Below the pieces are notes generated by a model that saw only the letters and a program-made list of their open reading frames with translations, was not told the DNA's origin and searched no databases. Position numbers and translations under genes: made by a program. A DNA stretch of 64,000 nt, taken from the IMG/VR virus record IMGVR_UViG_3300049370_000001, positions 6,440 through 70,439 of that record; one strand, written 5' to 3'. Below, in pieces: positions 9,905-18,478 of this stretch; positions within the stretch are counted from its first letter, which is position 1; the number at the start of each line of letters is the position of its first letter. Source of the DNA: a virus. Taxonomy: Duplodnaviria > Caudoviricetes.

Positions 9905-10301
9905 CCAGCCCCTCCACTTGTTTGCGGCGCTCCTCCGCGCGCTTCTTGAACTCATCCATCGAGAGCATGTTGACATCGACGGATCCGGATAGCTCGTTCT
10001 TGTCCGAAACCTTGCCGTAGACGGTGTCGAGGATTTCCCGGATCGCCGTGACGTCACCCCGACGCCCACGCGCAACCAAAGCTGTCATTACCTGAGTTTC
10101 GAGGTCTGCTGTTTCCTTCCGGAGCGTGAGCGGATTCGTGAAATCACAAACTTGTGATAACAACTCCTTCAGCACGGTAGACCGGTTGCGCGTGCCTTCC
10201 GGCCGGCCATTGGGATTGCCGCTCTGCCCTTTTGGGAAGGGTTTAAGGTTGGCGAGCCGTTTGGCCTTTCCTTCACTGTTCTTTCTCTGTTTTTCAGCCA
10301 T
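9897..10301 (-). CDS. terS: Terminase small subunit (DUF5681-like)
   Basis: NLKPFPKGQSGNPNGRP motif; upstream of terL; TAATG coupling at 10301. Confidence 0.8.
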   Translation of the reverse strand: MAEKQRKNSEGKAKRLANLKPFPKGQSGNPNGRPEGTRNRSTVLKELLSQVCDFTNPLTLRKETADLETQVMTALVARGRRGDVTAIREILDTVYGKVSDKNELSGSVDVNMLSMDEFKKRAEERRKQVEGLDD

Positions 10302-10918
10302 TACACGGACACTCCAGCCGCGCAAGTGCCACACGCCAACCGTATCGATTCCCCGGTGACCAAAGGCTTCTTCTTCGCTGCTTCCAGCATTCTCTTGACG
10401 TTCGGGTGAACTGCTCCGACTCCATAACGCTCAACTACAGAGATAAACTCGCCAACGTCATGTGCTCGAGTGGTGAGTACGGGCCTGCCTTCGTCGTCGA
10501 ACATTGGCTGCTGTTCTTTGTCTTTTTTCTGAGCGAGGTGATAAAGCTCGTGCTCCACAAGGGCGCAGAATGAAGCGTCATCCAGATTCACCGCGTAAGG
10601 TGTGTAAATCCAAATTCGGGCCTGTGGAATGTTTCCATGTAGCAGACAAAGGTGATCTGTTCGTTCTGCCCGCGGCCACGGTTTACCATTTACTTTGACG
10701 ATCTCAGCCATACCGGCCACTGGCATCAATCCATCTTCAAACTCTACGTTTGTCCAGATTGCCGCGATGTTTGCTGTTCGAAGGTGCGCGTGGTCTTCGT
10801 TGCACAATTGTCCGTCTTCATGGACGAAAGTGTTCATCAGCCAGTCGGCCAACTCATTTGAGGGCTCGATCTGGAAGCCGGGTGTTTGTAGTTCGTGTGA
10901 GGGCTGAGGTCGAATCAT
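10301..10918 (-). CDS. Putative phage metallopeptidase
   Basis: CALVEHELYH...HDVGEFISVVERYG with intact HExxH; ATGA-coupled start at 10918. Confidence 0.75.
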   Translation of the reverse strand: MIRPQPSHELQTPGFQIEPSNELADWLMNTFVHEDGQLCNEDHAHLRTANIAAIWTNVEFEDGLMPVAGMAEIVKVNGKPWPRAERTDHLCLLHGNIPQARIWIYTPYAVNLDDASFCALVEHELYHLAQKKDKEQQPMFDDEGRPVLTTRAHDVGEFISVVERYGVGAVHPNVKRMLEAAKKKPLVTGESIRLACGTCAAGVSV

Positions 10919-11304
10919 GTGGTAATCGGCACTAAGCCAATCGCAAGCCAACGCTTGTGTCCGTCTTCTGGCATCCGATGCTCACAGTCGTCGTTCGGGA
11001 TTAGCAGGACGTCGCCATTAACTGCGCCCTCGAACGGCTGTTTGGTTGCGCGATCGCGAACTAATGTCGGGGTTTTGTTGCTCCATAGAATCAATAGCAA
11101 GCCTTTGGTGGGTCGTTCGTGATCTTGATTGTCGTCCTGGTGCCACTTCTTAGTTTTGTCTTCTTTTGTGAGCCGTCGAGGCGGTCTAATGTTGACTTGT
11201 TCGCCTGTTACCGCGAAGCCTTGCGCGGCCAACATCTCGCGAAACCCTCGCGCGATTGCTTGTCGACTGAGGGTGCTCGGTTTCCAGTTGCAGAGGATCT
11301 TCAC
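10915..11304 (-). CDS. Small 2OG-Fe(II) oxygenase/cupin-like protein
   Basis: WHQD (HxD)...GDVLLI...EHRMP...RW pattern. Confidence 0.5.
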   Translation of the reverse strand: MKILCNWKPSTLSRQAIARGFREMLAAQGFAVTGEQVNIRPPRRLTKEDKTKKWHQDDNQDHERPTKGLLLILWSNKTPTLVRDRATKQPFEGAVNGDVLLIPNDDCEHRMPEDGHKRWLAIGLVPITT

Positions 11305-11364
11305 TTCGTTTTCTTCTTACAAAGGCCGTGGTACAGCCAAGACAGAGTGGGTAATTCAGTGGAT

Positions 11365-12825
11365 TCAGTGCTTGCGACATTTTCCATTTGGCAAAACCCC
11401 GAATGGACACCGCGGAGTTGGGCTGGGCGAGGGTGTTGGCGTCGGAGTCGGCGTTGGCATCGGCGTAGGGGAAGGACTCGGTAAAGGTGTTGGCGTTGGA
11501 CTTGGAGACGGGCTCGCTGCTAGCGAGGGCGTTGGCGATGGCGTAGACGTGGAAATTGGCTCACTACCGGGAGTTTGAATCCGCCACGCGAAGTATCTGC
11601 CGCCCATGCGATACGTTTGGCTGTAGTTCTTCGCAGTGTCTGCCGCAAAGCCTCGAAAGCCGTCGGTGCCGACGAACGCGGCATCTACCAGTTCGGCGCC
11701 TGCTTCACGGAACGCCGGGTCACCGGTGAGCAAATAGGCGTAAGCGTACGCTGAAAAGATTGTGGCAGTGAGTTGCCGTTCGTTTGCAATTACCCATGTA
11801 CCTTGAGACGAAATGTCGGCAGCAGTGTAACTGCCCCCGCCAAACTCGTATTTCCTGGGGTTAATTGAGGTCCCGCCGTGGTCGAAATACCAGAACGATC
11901 GCCAGTTCACACCGGGAATCCCGGTAGGCTCAAAGCGTCGGTATGAGTGATTGAAAAGGTTGAGGCACGATTGCGTTAGCTGGCGCTGAATGCTCGCCTT
12001 TACCGTGCCATTCGTGCTTAGTCGATGAACATCAATCAGCGCATTCAGGAGTAGACCAACCATAAAGGGTTGGGTGATACCCTGAAGTGTCCCGCCATCT
12101 GTGTCCACAAATTCATCTGGCGCCGTATCCCACCGCCACGATCCGTCAGGATACTGAAGCCTTCCGAAGTAGTTGACGGAGATGTTTTCAGCTTTTGTGA
12201 GGAATTCAGCACGTACAGCCAGATCAGGATGTGTTGCTGCCAGCCAAGCGGCGTAGTGCAACATGAATGCGCCCTCACGCACGCCATAGTGCAAACTTGA
12301 ATTGTTGACTCGTAAGCCAAGCCAGATGTCGAACTCGTATCGCGTGTACGCGACAATCCAGTCCCACATTTCGGGACGCCCATCCAACGCTCGCAGGATT
12401 AAACCACCGATACCCGCGTGGCGGGGTACTGGCTCGCCATTCTCAAAGTCAAGTTTTGTACCCGACTTGATCCACTGCGGATGTTGCCACCAAGCGTCGG
12501 CGCACTTCCGGGCGTAAGCAAGAAACACCGGATCTTTTGTGCGCTGATACGCTACGTATTCCGTGAGAGGCAGGTCGTAATAGTTCAGGAGAACGTAGTC
12601 ATTGAGCGCGGCCGGGTCCGTGGGCGGCACATCTGGACACTTGGCACCATGAACCTTCGCCCGCTCAATCTCCGTCTGGTCGAACCATGAATTCGTTATC
12701 GGAACCTGTGGCCCAACAATGAAATCAAACCCAGAAAGATCCTGCGACTGGGCCTGTTGAGTCAGCAGCGCCGGCGCCAGAATAAGCGTGAGAAGCAGGG
12801 TGAGGACAAGAATGTATCTGAGCAT
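11365..12825 (-). CDS. Secreted alpha/alpha-barrel-like protein with Pro/Thr/Ser linker
   Basis: Signal peptide, aromatic-rich helical repeats ([16 protein letters not shown]), C-terminal (SP/TP)n tract. Confidence 0.7.
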   Translation of the reverse strand: MLRYILVLTLLLTLILAPALLTQQAQSQDLSGFDFIVGPQVPITNSWFDQTEIERAKVHGAKCPDVPPTDPAALNDYVLLNYYDLPLTEYVAYQRTKDPVFLAYARKCADAWWQHPQWIKSGTKLDFENGEPVPRHAGIGGLILRALDGRPEMWDWIVAYTRYEFDIWLGLRVNNSSLHYGVREGAFMLHYAAWLAATHPDLAVRAEFLTKAENISVNYFGRLQYPDGSWRWDTAPDEFVDTDGGTLQGITQPFMVGLLLNALIDVHRLSTNGTVKASIQRQLTQSCLNLFNHSYRRFEPTGIPGVNWRSFWYFDHGGTSINPRKYEFGGGSYTAADISSQGTWVIANERQLTATIFSAYAYAYLLTGDPAFREAGAELVDAAFVGTDGFRGFAADTAKNYSQTYRMGGRYFAWRIQTPGSEPISTSTPSPTPSLAASPSPSPTPTPLPSPSPTPMPTPTPTPTPSPSPTPRCPFGVLPNGKCRKH

Positions 12826-12851
12826 GAGCGCCTTTCGTGAGATTTTTAGTT

Positions 12852-13133
12852 TTAGTGCGGGGCCGTTCTGCCGAGATCTTGGCGTAGAGCGCGCATGTTT
12901 TCCTTGATCTCGCGCAAGTCTTCGCGGGTGGATTCCATAAAGATCCGCATCTCTTCGCGGCTTACCATTTGCTCTTGCCGCTTTTCGAGCGTCTCAAGTC
13001 TTTCCTGTGTACGGCCCTGCAAGAACTGACTGGCACCGTAGGCGGTGACAACGGCGAGAAGGAAGGGACCAATCGCTATCAGGAGACCTGGCAATGAAGA
13101 TTGTTTGCTCTGTGAGGTTAGAGGTTGATACAT
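12852..13133 (-). CDS. Holin-like membrane protein
   Basis: One TM helix plus coiled coil, adjacent to spanin-like genes. Confidence 0.5.
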   Translation of the reverse strand: MYQPLTSQSKQSSLPGLLIAIGPFLLAVVTAYGASQFLQGRTQERLETLEKRQEQMVSREEMRIFMESTREDLREIKENMRALRQDLGRTAPH

Positions 13134-13153
13134 GATTTGCTACCGGGCGAGCG

Positions 13154-13642
13154 TTAATACACGGCACTAAAGATCAGAACGCCCGCGGCCGCGCCGGCTA
13201 CAGCTCCGACTTTGCGCCAGAACTTTGCTGAGCGTTGCGCCTTCTCTTTCTCTTTGGTTTCGATAGTCAGTTGCTGCTCCGTCTTTTCACGCGCTGCGCG
13301 TTCCGCGGCGATCTGTTTGTCCTTCTCTGCCGCACGTTCGTCTTTCAGCTTCCCGTTTTCACTCAGCAACTCAATGACGTGGTCCTTGAGTGCGACGTTT
13401 TCCTGCAGCAGTTCAATCTCGTGACCCTGCTTGTCGATCAGGACTCGTGAGGCTTTAACCTCGTCGACAGCTTTCTTCGAGAGCTCAAATGTGCTACGGG
13501 GTATCGGGATACAGTCCGTGCAGGTCTGCGCCGAGTTCGAGGATGCGGTCAGCATCATCAGCACTATTGAAGTGAGGCTTATCAGCGCGAACCTTGTTAA
13601 CTGTGGACCTTGCTGTCTGTGTTTCATTGTGAGCATTGACAA
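13154..13642 (-). CDS. Spanin-like coiled-coil membrane protein (overlapping partner)
   Basis: Overlaps 13494-13910 in another frame; hydrophobic N- and C-termini with coiled coil between. Confidence 0.5.
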   Translation of the reverse strand: MSMLTMKHRQQGPQLTRFALISLTSIVLMMLTASSNSAQTCTDCIPIPRSTFELSKKAVDEVKASRVLIDKQGHEIELLQENVALKDHVIELLSENGKLKDERAAEKDKQIAAERAAREKTEQQLTIETKEKEKAQRSAKFWRKVGAVAGAAAGVLIFSAVY

Positions 13643-13910
13643 CTCTTTCGTTTGAGTCGGCTATCTGTGAGGTAAGAGACTTGATTACTTCGTCTTGGGC
13701 TTCGATCTTTCCTTGCAGGATGAGATCTCGAGCCCGCGCTTCGTCACGCTCTTTGAGGTATTGCTGCTTCTCAGTTTCGAGTTTGTTAACCCTGTGCTCG
13801 TTAATCGAACTGCCCAGCGCACGCAAGCCTGCGATGATCAAGATCGATAGAAGAACCGTACCGATGGCCAGCACGAGCATCTTCCAGTTAGCGCGTATGA
13901 ATGGCAGCAC
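13494..13910 (-). CDS. Rz/i-spanin-like protein
   Basis: N-terminal TM helix followed by a long coiled coil. Confidence 0.58.
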   Translation of the reverse strand: MLPFIRANWKMLVLAIGTVLLSILIIAGLRALGSSINEHRVNKLETEKQQYLKERDEARARDLILQGKIEAQDEVIKSLTSQIADSNERVVNAHNETQTARSTVNKVRADKPHFNSADDADRILELGADLHGLYPDTP

Positions 13911-14121
13911 TTTGCTCTCGCTCCTTTATTTCCTGATCGACTCGTTTCCCGATGTTTACACACGCCTGACAATAGGCGTGATAAGCGGTGCCCTGCTTCT
14001 GCATGACCACAGCCTCAAGTTCCGAGTGTTTGCAGCAGCGACCACGCGCACTAGACGATAAGCCACCGTAGCGAACAGACGCTCTCTCTCGAGGGAACGC
14101 AGCCGCGTCATACGGAACCAT
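13888..14121 (-). CDS. Hypothetical Cys/His protein
   Basis: CCKH...YCQAC; true start may be ATG 14146, one frame off. Confidence 0.4.
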   Translation of the reverse strand: MVPYDAAAFPRERASVRYGGLSSSARGRCCKHSELEAVVMQKQGTAYHAYCQACVNIGKRVDQEIKEREQSAAIHTR

Positions 14122-14142
14122 CTTCTCAGGGTTGGGGAAACT

Positions 14143-14292
14143 TCATTTATTCCTGTGCGCGTCTAACTGTCTTCGATAACAACTCATGCAGAGGGAATGA
14201 TCTCTATCGTGACGGAACTTCCTTTTTGCTCGGGAGAAGAACACCGCGCGGCGTCCGCAATGGCAAAACTTCCGTTTCTTGCGCTCTCCCAC
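14143..14292 (-). CDS. Small basic Zn-finger-like protein (49 aa)
   Basis: Manual translation MGERKKRKFCHCGRRAVFF...LCMSCYRRQLDAHRNK. Confidence 0.5.
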   Translation of the reverse strand: MGERKKRKFCHCGRRAVFFSRAKRKFRHDRDHSLCMSCYRRQLDAHRNK

Positions 14293-14344
14293 GGCGTATC
14301 CACCCTTCGAGATTCTTTCGGTAGTAAACTGTCCAGCTTGTGAC

Positions 14345-14740
14345 TTATCCCTTCAGTTGGTAAACCGAAGGCCACGCAGCCGGCGGCATTCTCGGAATCC
14401 GTGGCCTGCTTTCGGCCACCTTTCCGCGCCTTATCAAGTCAGCGAGCACCTGACGGAGATCCCAACTGCTCAGCCTGGTTTCCTCGATTAACTCTTTCAT
14501 GGTCAGCGCGCCCCACTCTTGAAGCGCGGTCAAAACTCTTTCCTGATCTACATGGCGCGTCCTGTGAGCAAAATCCGTCACCCGATTTATCAACTCGTCA
14601 ATTTGATGGGTGAATGATGGGAATTCCCGGCGTTGCTGACGGAGCAACTCAGCCAAACGAGATCCTTCACTTCGGTGCTTCTGAGAGAAACGATTACGCT
14701 TTGGTTTTGAGGCTTCCAACTGTAGGGCGGGACAACTCAA
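14345..14740 (-). CDS. Winged-HTH DNA-binding protein
   Basis: GALTMKELIEETRLSSWDLRQVLADLIRRGKV. Confidence 0.6.
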   Translation of the reverse strand: MSCPALQLEASKPKRNRFSQKHRSEGSRLAELLRQQRREFPSFTHQIDELINRVTDFAHRTRHVDQERVLTALQEWGALTMKELIEETRLSSWDLRQVLADLIRRGKVAESRPRIPRMPPAAWPSVYQLKG

Positions 14741-14766
14741 GAGGTTCTGAGGCTACACTGTAAATA

Positions 14767-15453
14767 CTATAGTGATAGTTTCGTGAGTGGCTGTTCAGAT
14801 TGCGCGATCCACCACTCAATTAACGTTTTGTCTGAGTTTGGGTGAGGAACAGGATGCGGCCAGAATTCAGGCTCACGGTCGCAGATGATTATCCGGAAGT
14901 CGTTGGCAAAGATCTCGCCGAACGATTTGTGCCACGTTCGTCCGCCGTAGAAGGCCACGCCGCGCGGCTCGCAGCCGCGCATCTTGGCGTACTCTTCGAT
15001 CTCGAGTCGTTTGGCTTTCTTTAGTGCCTCTTCGACCAGATGCCCGTATTTGTGCGACACGAGATACCGCGTCATCGCAGGCATGATCGGGATGCGCTTT
15101 CCGCTTATTACGATTGTGCCGCTCGCGCTGCTGACCGGATATTGGCCATCCACCTTCTCGGCGTCATAGTCGTAATCGAACTCAGTGTATGCGTGGGCGT
15201 TGGTCCGGCCTTCCATCTCGAAAGAAGAAACGTATACCGAGACCGGAAACGGGACCGGAAAGAGGCTCGCAGTGCGCTCGGCTTCGCTCTGCACCAGCGT
15301 GAGATCGTGAGCGTAGCAGGGGAATGGATCGACCTTTTCGCGACGTCCGTAGCGCGTTGTCTTTACGCTGAACGAAGGCATCGTGTCTGTGAAGCCCCAC
15401 TGAATATCAGCGTCGTTGATCGGAATGACTTGTAAGGACAATTTTAGCTCCAT
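14767..15453 (-). CDS. Zincin-like protein with HExxH altered to HKYGH
   Basis: RYLVSHKYGHLVE...EIFANDFR; start uncertain (ORF open to 15630). Confidence 0.55.
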   Translation of the reverse strand: MELKLSLQVIPINDADIQWGFTDTMPSFSVKTTRYGRREKVDPFPCYAHDLTLVQSEAERTASLFPVPFPVSVYVSSFEMEGRTNAHAYTEFDYDYDAEKVDGQYPVSSASGTIVISGKRIPIMPAMTRYLVSHKYGHLVEEALKKAKRLEIEEYAKMRGCEPRGVAFYGGRTWHKSFGEIFANDFRIIICDREPEFWPHPVPHPNSDKTLIEWWIAQSEQPLTKLSL

Positions 15454-15655
15454 GACGCAAGGTACTCGGGGGGCATCAACTCTGCGCCGCGTTCGTGATC
15501 GCCTTGATGTCGTTGGCGTGGTTATCTTTGTTTGAGTTTCTTTTCGACGCGCTTTGGCGCTGGGACAAGCTGACGGGATGTTTCGATCATGAATTCTCTG
15601 TGTGAAGATTGAAGGGTAAGGCGGCGTCAAGCCGCTGCATCAGTGAAGATTTCTA

Positions 15656-15685
15656 TTGGCGGGGAATCTGAGGTTGGTCTATAGT
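15656..15685 (+). promoter_or_regulatory. Putative sigma70 promoter of the antisense moron
   Basis: TTGGCG (15656-61), 18 nt, TATAGT (15680-85). Confidence 0.45.
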
Positions 15686-15745
15686 GTGTGAAAAGGTAAC
15701 ACCCACATCAGCCCACTACGGGCCACTTATTTGGAGGACAAACTT

Positions 15746-16081
15746 GTGACAACTGGAATTGCCGCCGATAACACGATGAAGGTTGATGTTCCTGAAAGAG
15801 ACATCAATGAGCGCCATTGGCTTCTGCAAGCATTCGATCTGGACACCGATAAACTTGTACAGGTGACCACCGGAATCGAACCAGCAGCGCCGCCGAATAA
15901 TTCTCGGCGCAAGTACCAAATCGTTGGCGACATGCCTCTAAATGAGCTTGTACGCCATCACTATCCGGCGTATCAGAATGGTGGGGTGAGTTTCATTTTC
16001 AATGCAGAGACCGGCGGAATCCTCGACTGTCTGCCCTTGGGAACAGGACAGTCGAAAACCGCTGGAGCTTCTGCCGCGTAA
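15746..16081 (+). CDS. Hypothetical protein, moron-like, antisense to flanking operon
   Basis: GGAGG at 15733-37, GTG at 15746; natural amino-acid composition; downstream hairpins. Confidence 0.6.
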   Translation: MTTGIAADNTMKVDVPERDINERHWLLQAFDLDTDKLVQVTTGIEPAAPPNNSRRKYQIVGDMPLNELVRHHYPAYQNGGVSFIFNAETGGILDCLPLGTGQSKTAGASAA

Positions 16082-16122
16082 ACAACCGTCCCGGCGCTTG
16101 CTGACGGTTCATTTCAAATTCG

Positions 16123-16163
16123 CAGGTTCGAGGGAGAGCACACCGCGCCCTTGAACCTGTTTT
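16123..16163 (+). terminator. Intrinsic terminator-like hairpin
   Basis: CAGGTTCGAGGG / CCCTTGAACCTG 12-bp stem followed by TTTT; second hairpin AACCGTC/GACGGTT at 16084-16109. Confidence 0.55.
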
Positions 16164-16168
16164 GACTT

Positions 16169-16420
16169 TTAATCAACTGGATCGTAGGTCGCTTCGAAGA
16201 TGTCCGGCTTGCAGGGATACCGCTCGCCTTTGACGCCGGTGATTATCCAATCGCCATTGCTGACGATCATTTCGCCCTCAAGCGTTGCGATAAACGGCGT
16301 GTCTAAATCTTTCCAACCATCGACCAAATCGGCGACTTCATCATAATTGCCGTGACCGCCGTGATCGTGAACATACTGCGTAGCTTCAATGACTACGGGT
16401 TTCTTCCTAAATTTCGGCAT
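16169..16420 (-). CDS. Conserved phage hypothetical protein (PGDYG-like)
   Basis: MPKFRKKPVVIEATQ...IATLEGEMIVSNGDWIITGVKGERYPCKPDIFEATY. Confidence 0.85.
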   Translation of the reverse strand: MPKFRKKPVVIEATQYVHDHGGHGNYDEVADLVDGWKDLDTPFIATLEGEMIVSNGDWIITGVKGERYPCKPDIFEATYDPVD

Positions 16421-16443
16421 CAATAATCCTTTTCTTGTGAGGT

Positions 16444-16608
16444 CTACCGGAAAGCACTACGCGCCGGTGGGCCTGTTTTGCTTCTTAGCTGGTGTTTAAT
16501 CTGGACAGGCTTTTCGTTTAGCGCCGACAGAACAGTTTCAGCGGTTTTTTTGGCCAGTCGCATCGCGTGTTTACGCTCTTTGATTTGTTTCTTCTTGCGC
16601 TTGCTCAT
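16444..16608 (-). CDS. Small basic protein (54 aa)
   Basis: Manual translation MSKRKKKQIKERKHAMRLAKK...; ATGA coupling. Confidence 0.5.
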   Translation of the reverse strand: MSKRKKKQIKERKHAMRLAKKTAETVLSALNEKPVQIKHQLRSKTGPPARSAFR

Positions 16609-16871
16609 TTACTATTTGTGAGCGCGTATACGCCCGCTGCCGCCAGGACCATCCACACTAACGCCATCCAGGCGTTGGCGCATTCAACCCAACGACCCTT
16701 TTCAAAGCCGAACGCGCCCAAAGCTGAAAGAAGGAACCCCAGTGGCCCACATTTAATCGTCCATCCACAGTCTGCGCAAACTTCTTTCCGGCAGTGAGCA
16801 CAGACGGAGACGTCGCCCTCTTTGCTGCAAAGATCGCAGACGTGAATTTCGACGGTTTTTGTTGTCTTCAT
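16605..16871 (-). CDS. Zn-finger plus membrane hypothetical protein
   Basis: CDLC...CAHC...CADC then hydrophobic segments. Confidence 0.5.
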   Translation of the reverse strand: MKTTKTVEIHVCDLCSKEGDVSVCAHCRKEVCADCGWTIKCGPLGFLLSALGAFGFEKGRWVECANAWMALVWMVLAAAGVYALTNSK

Positions 16872-16875
16872 TTTC

Positions 16876-17058
16876 CTATCCGAACAGTCGAGTCAACAGC
16901 CAGAAGCCGCCAAATAACAAACCGAAAAAGAGGACCGCGCAACCGCTGAGTATTATCGACTCACGGCGATTGCCAGGTTGTTCATAACTTGATCCGCTTC
17001 CAGCCATTTCATCACAATCCAAATCAGGTGGTTGCGGGATGAATCTCGCAAACTTCAT
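16876..17058 (-). CDS. Small single-TM protein (possible holin/antiholin)
   Basis: C-terminal TM helix; coupled to the endolysin stop. Confidence 0.5.
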   Translation of the reverse strand: MKFARFIPQPPDLDCDEMAGSGSSYEQPGNRRESIILSGCAVLFFGLLFGGFWLLTRLFG

Positions 17059-18020
17059 TTCAACAGCTTTAGGATCGCTGGTTTTAGCTGTAGCGCCGCC
17101 GTCTTTATTCGTTTACGGCTGTGATAGCCCAACCAAATGACAAACGCTGCCAGGCCGATCAGAACGATCTTTCCGAGGATCTGGTGCGCTTCGTAAAGAG
17201 CGAGTAGATACGAACCGCCGCCCACTACGCGCGGCCACAGTCGCACGCCAACTGTCTTCGCTCTGCCTGATTTAACAGCGGCGCCAAATAGATCTGTCTC
17301 GGGTTCGGTTGGCATAGCTTCGCTTGGCCTAAGTGGTTTACCCGGTGACGCTACCTGGCTTGCCGCTGATTCTGATAACTCTTCTTCTTCTTGTTCTCTT
17401 ACTGATTCGGCGGAACGTGCCGTAGGTGGGGCTATTGGTGAGTCTGAGTCTTCATCATTGTGAAGAACTTGTTTTGCTACTCGAAAGTAGTTGAGGCGAT
17501 CATCAAGGCCGTTATAGCCGCCGTTGATCCTTTTGGTGATGGCCGCGAAACGTATCTTGTCTCCCGCGTCGCTCTTCTTGAGCGTGAGTTTGTCGGCCAG
17601 TTCGTTCAGCCCTTTGCGTTGCCAAAATAAAGCGGCGATTCTGAATGCGTGCTCAGGCTTCGAGGCAATCTGAGGTTCATGCTCGAGATCTAAGCCTAAC
17701 AGGTTTCCAAATAAGCGATAGTTTGCGCGCCCGGTGAGTTGAATTGGCCCACGCCCCTTGAATCGTTTTCCGTCGCCTGGGTGAATGTTCCCAAGGTCTT
17801 TCCTGCCTTCATAAGCCGCACCGGACGCGATCTCTTCCATGTAGCGGAGCTCGGAAGATTCGTGCGCCAGTTGGGCGAGGAATGCGCAGCGCCGCCTTTT
17901 GCTGTTGATGTCCTGCTCCAGCATGGCCACATTAAGGAAAGGGGCATAGAATCCCGCCTTGCCCAAACTGAGGTTCGGCATCAACTTTCGGAGTTCGTCT
18001 ACACTTACAAGAGGTTTCAT
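17055..18020 (-). CDS. Endolysin, glycoside hydrolase family 19, with C-terminal TM region
   Basis: FLAQLAHES...GRKDLGN..PGDG.RFKGRGPIQLTGRANY and ITKRINGGYNGL.DR. Confidence 0.9.
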   Translation of the reverse strand: MKPLVSVDELRKLMPNLSLGKAGFYAPFLNVAMLEQDINSKRRRCAFLAQLAHESSELRYMEEIASGAAYEGRKDLGNIHPGDGKRFKGRGPIQLTGRANYRLFGNLLGLDLEHEPQIASKPEHAFRIAALFWQRKGLNELADKLTLKKSDAGDKIRFAAITKRINGGYNGLDDRLNYFRVAKQVLHNDEDSDSPIAPPTARSAESVREQEEEELSESAASQVASPGKPLRPSEAMPTEPETDLFGAAVKSGRAKTVGVRLWPRVVGGGSYLLALYEAHQILGKIVLIGLAAFVIWLGYHSRKRIKTAALQLKPAILKLLK

Positions 18021-18040
18021 GGTCTATGAGGTTATGAGGA

Positions 18041-18289
18041 TCAATCTACCGCAGGGCGTTCGACTTGGAGAAGGATCGGCTGGAGGGGATCATTGCCCGT
18101 CGAAATGAAGAGGTAAAGATCGCCACGAAGAAAGGCGATTAGTCGCTCTTTCCACGTGAGACGCCAACGCGTCAAAACCGTCCCATCGTTCTGCCAAAAG
18201 GCTGGCAAGGTCTGGTACTGATCCTGATATTCGGCGTATTTAGTAATCGGTAAATCGTGACCCGGGATAATCGGCGTCTGAGGTTTCAT
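18041..18289 (-). CDS. Conserved phage hypothetical protein
   Basis: YAE.QDQYQTLPA...G.VLTRWRLTWKERL; likely start ATG 18289. Confidence 0.65.
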   Translation of the reverse strand: MKPQTPIIPGHDLPITKYAEYQDQYQTLPAFWQNDGTVLTRWRLTWKERLIAFLRGDLYLFISTGNDPLQPILLQVERPAVD

Positions 18290-18450
18290 AGAGGTCTGAT
18301 CCAGGCAGCAGAGTGACGAAAGGGTTTTCAAGATTGGCGCGGGGCTAAAGACACACTGCGGACGACGATCTCCGGCAGATCTAAACAGCGGAGCGAAGGC
18401 GGGATCTTTCAACAAGAAGGTGGGTAAATTTAGGAAGGTTCTGTGTTATG

Positions 18451-18478
18451 GTTTTATCAACCTTTTACTTGGTGTCAA
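18451..18478 (-). promoter_or_regulatory. Possible late promoter
   Basis: Perfect TTGACA at 18478-73; only a weak -10 (TAAAAC, 16-nt spacer); upstream of lysis genes. Confidence 0.3.

Noticed and set aside
11400-11570. Tandem DNA repeat or CRISPR-like array
   Set aside because: The repeats are degenerate codon repeats encoding a Pro/Thr/Ser linker. No repeat-spacer array or cas gene was seen in the window.
15855-15960. tRNA-like or large structured ncRNA on the minus strand (GGTTCGATTCC T-loop)
   Set aside because: The T stem needs two G-U pairs and no matching acceptor 5' strand exists. The region is better explained by the plus-strand ORF with SD and terminators.
16444-16608. Frameshift in the small basic gene
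   Set aside because: Recounting shows a continuous 55-codon ORF.
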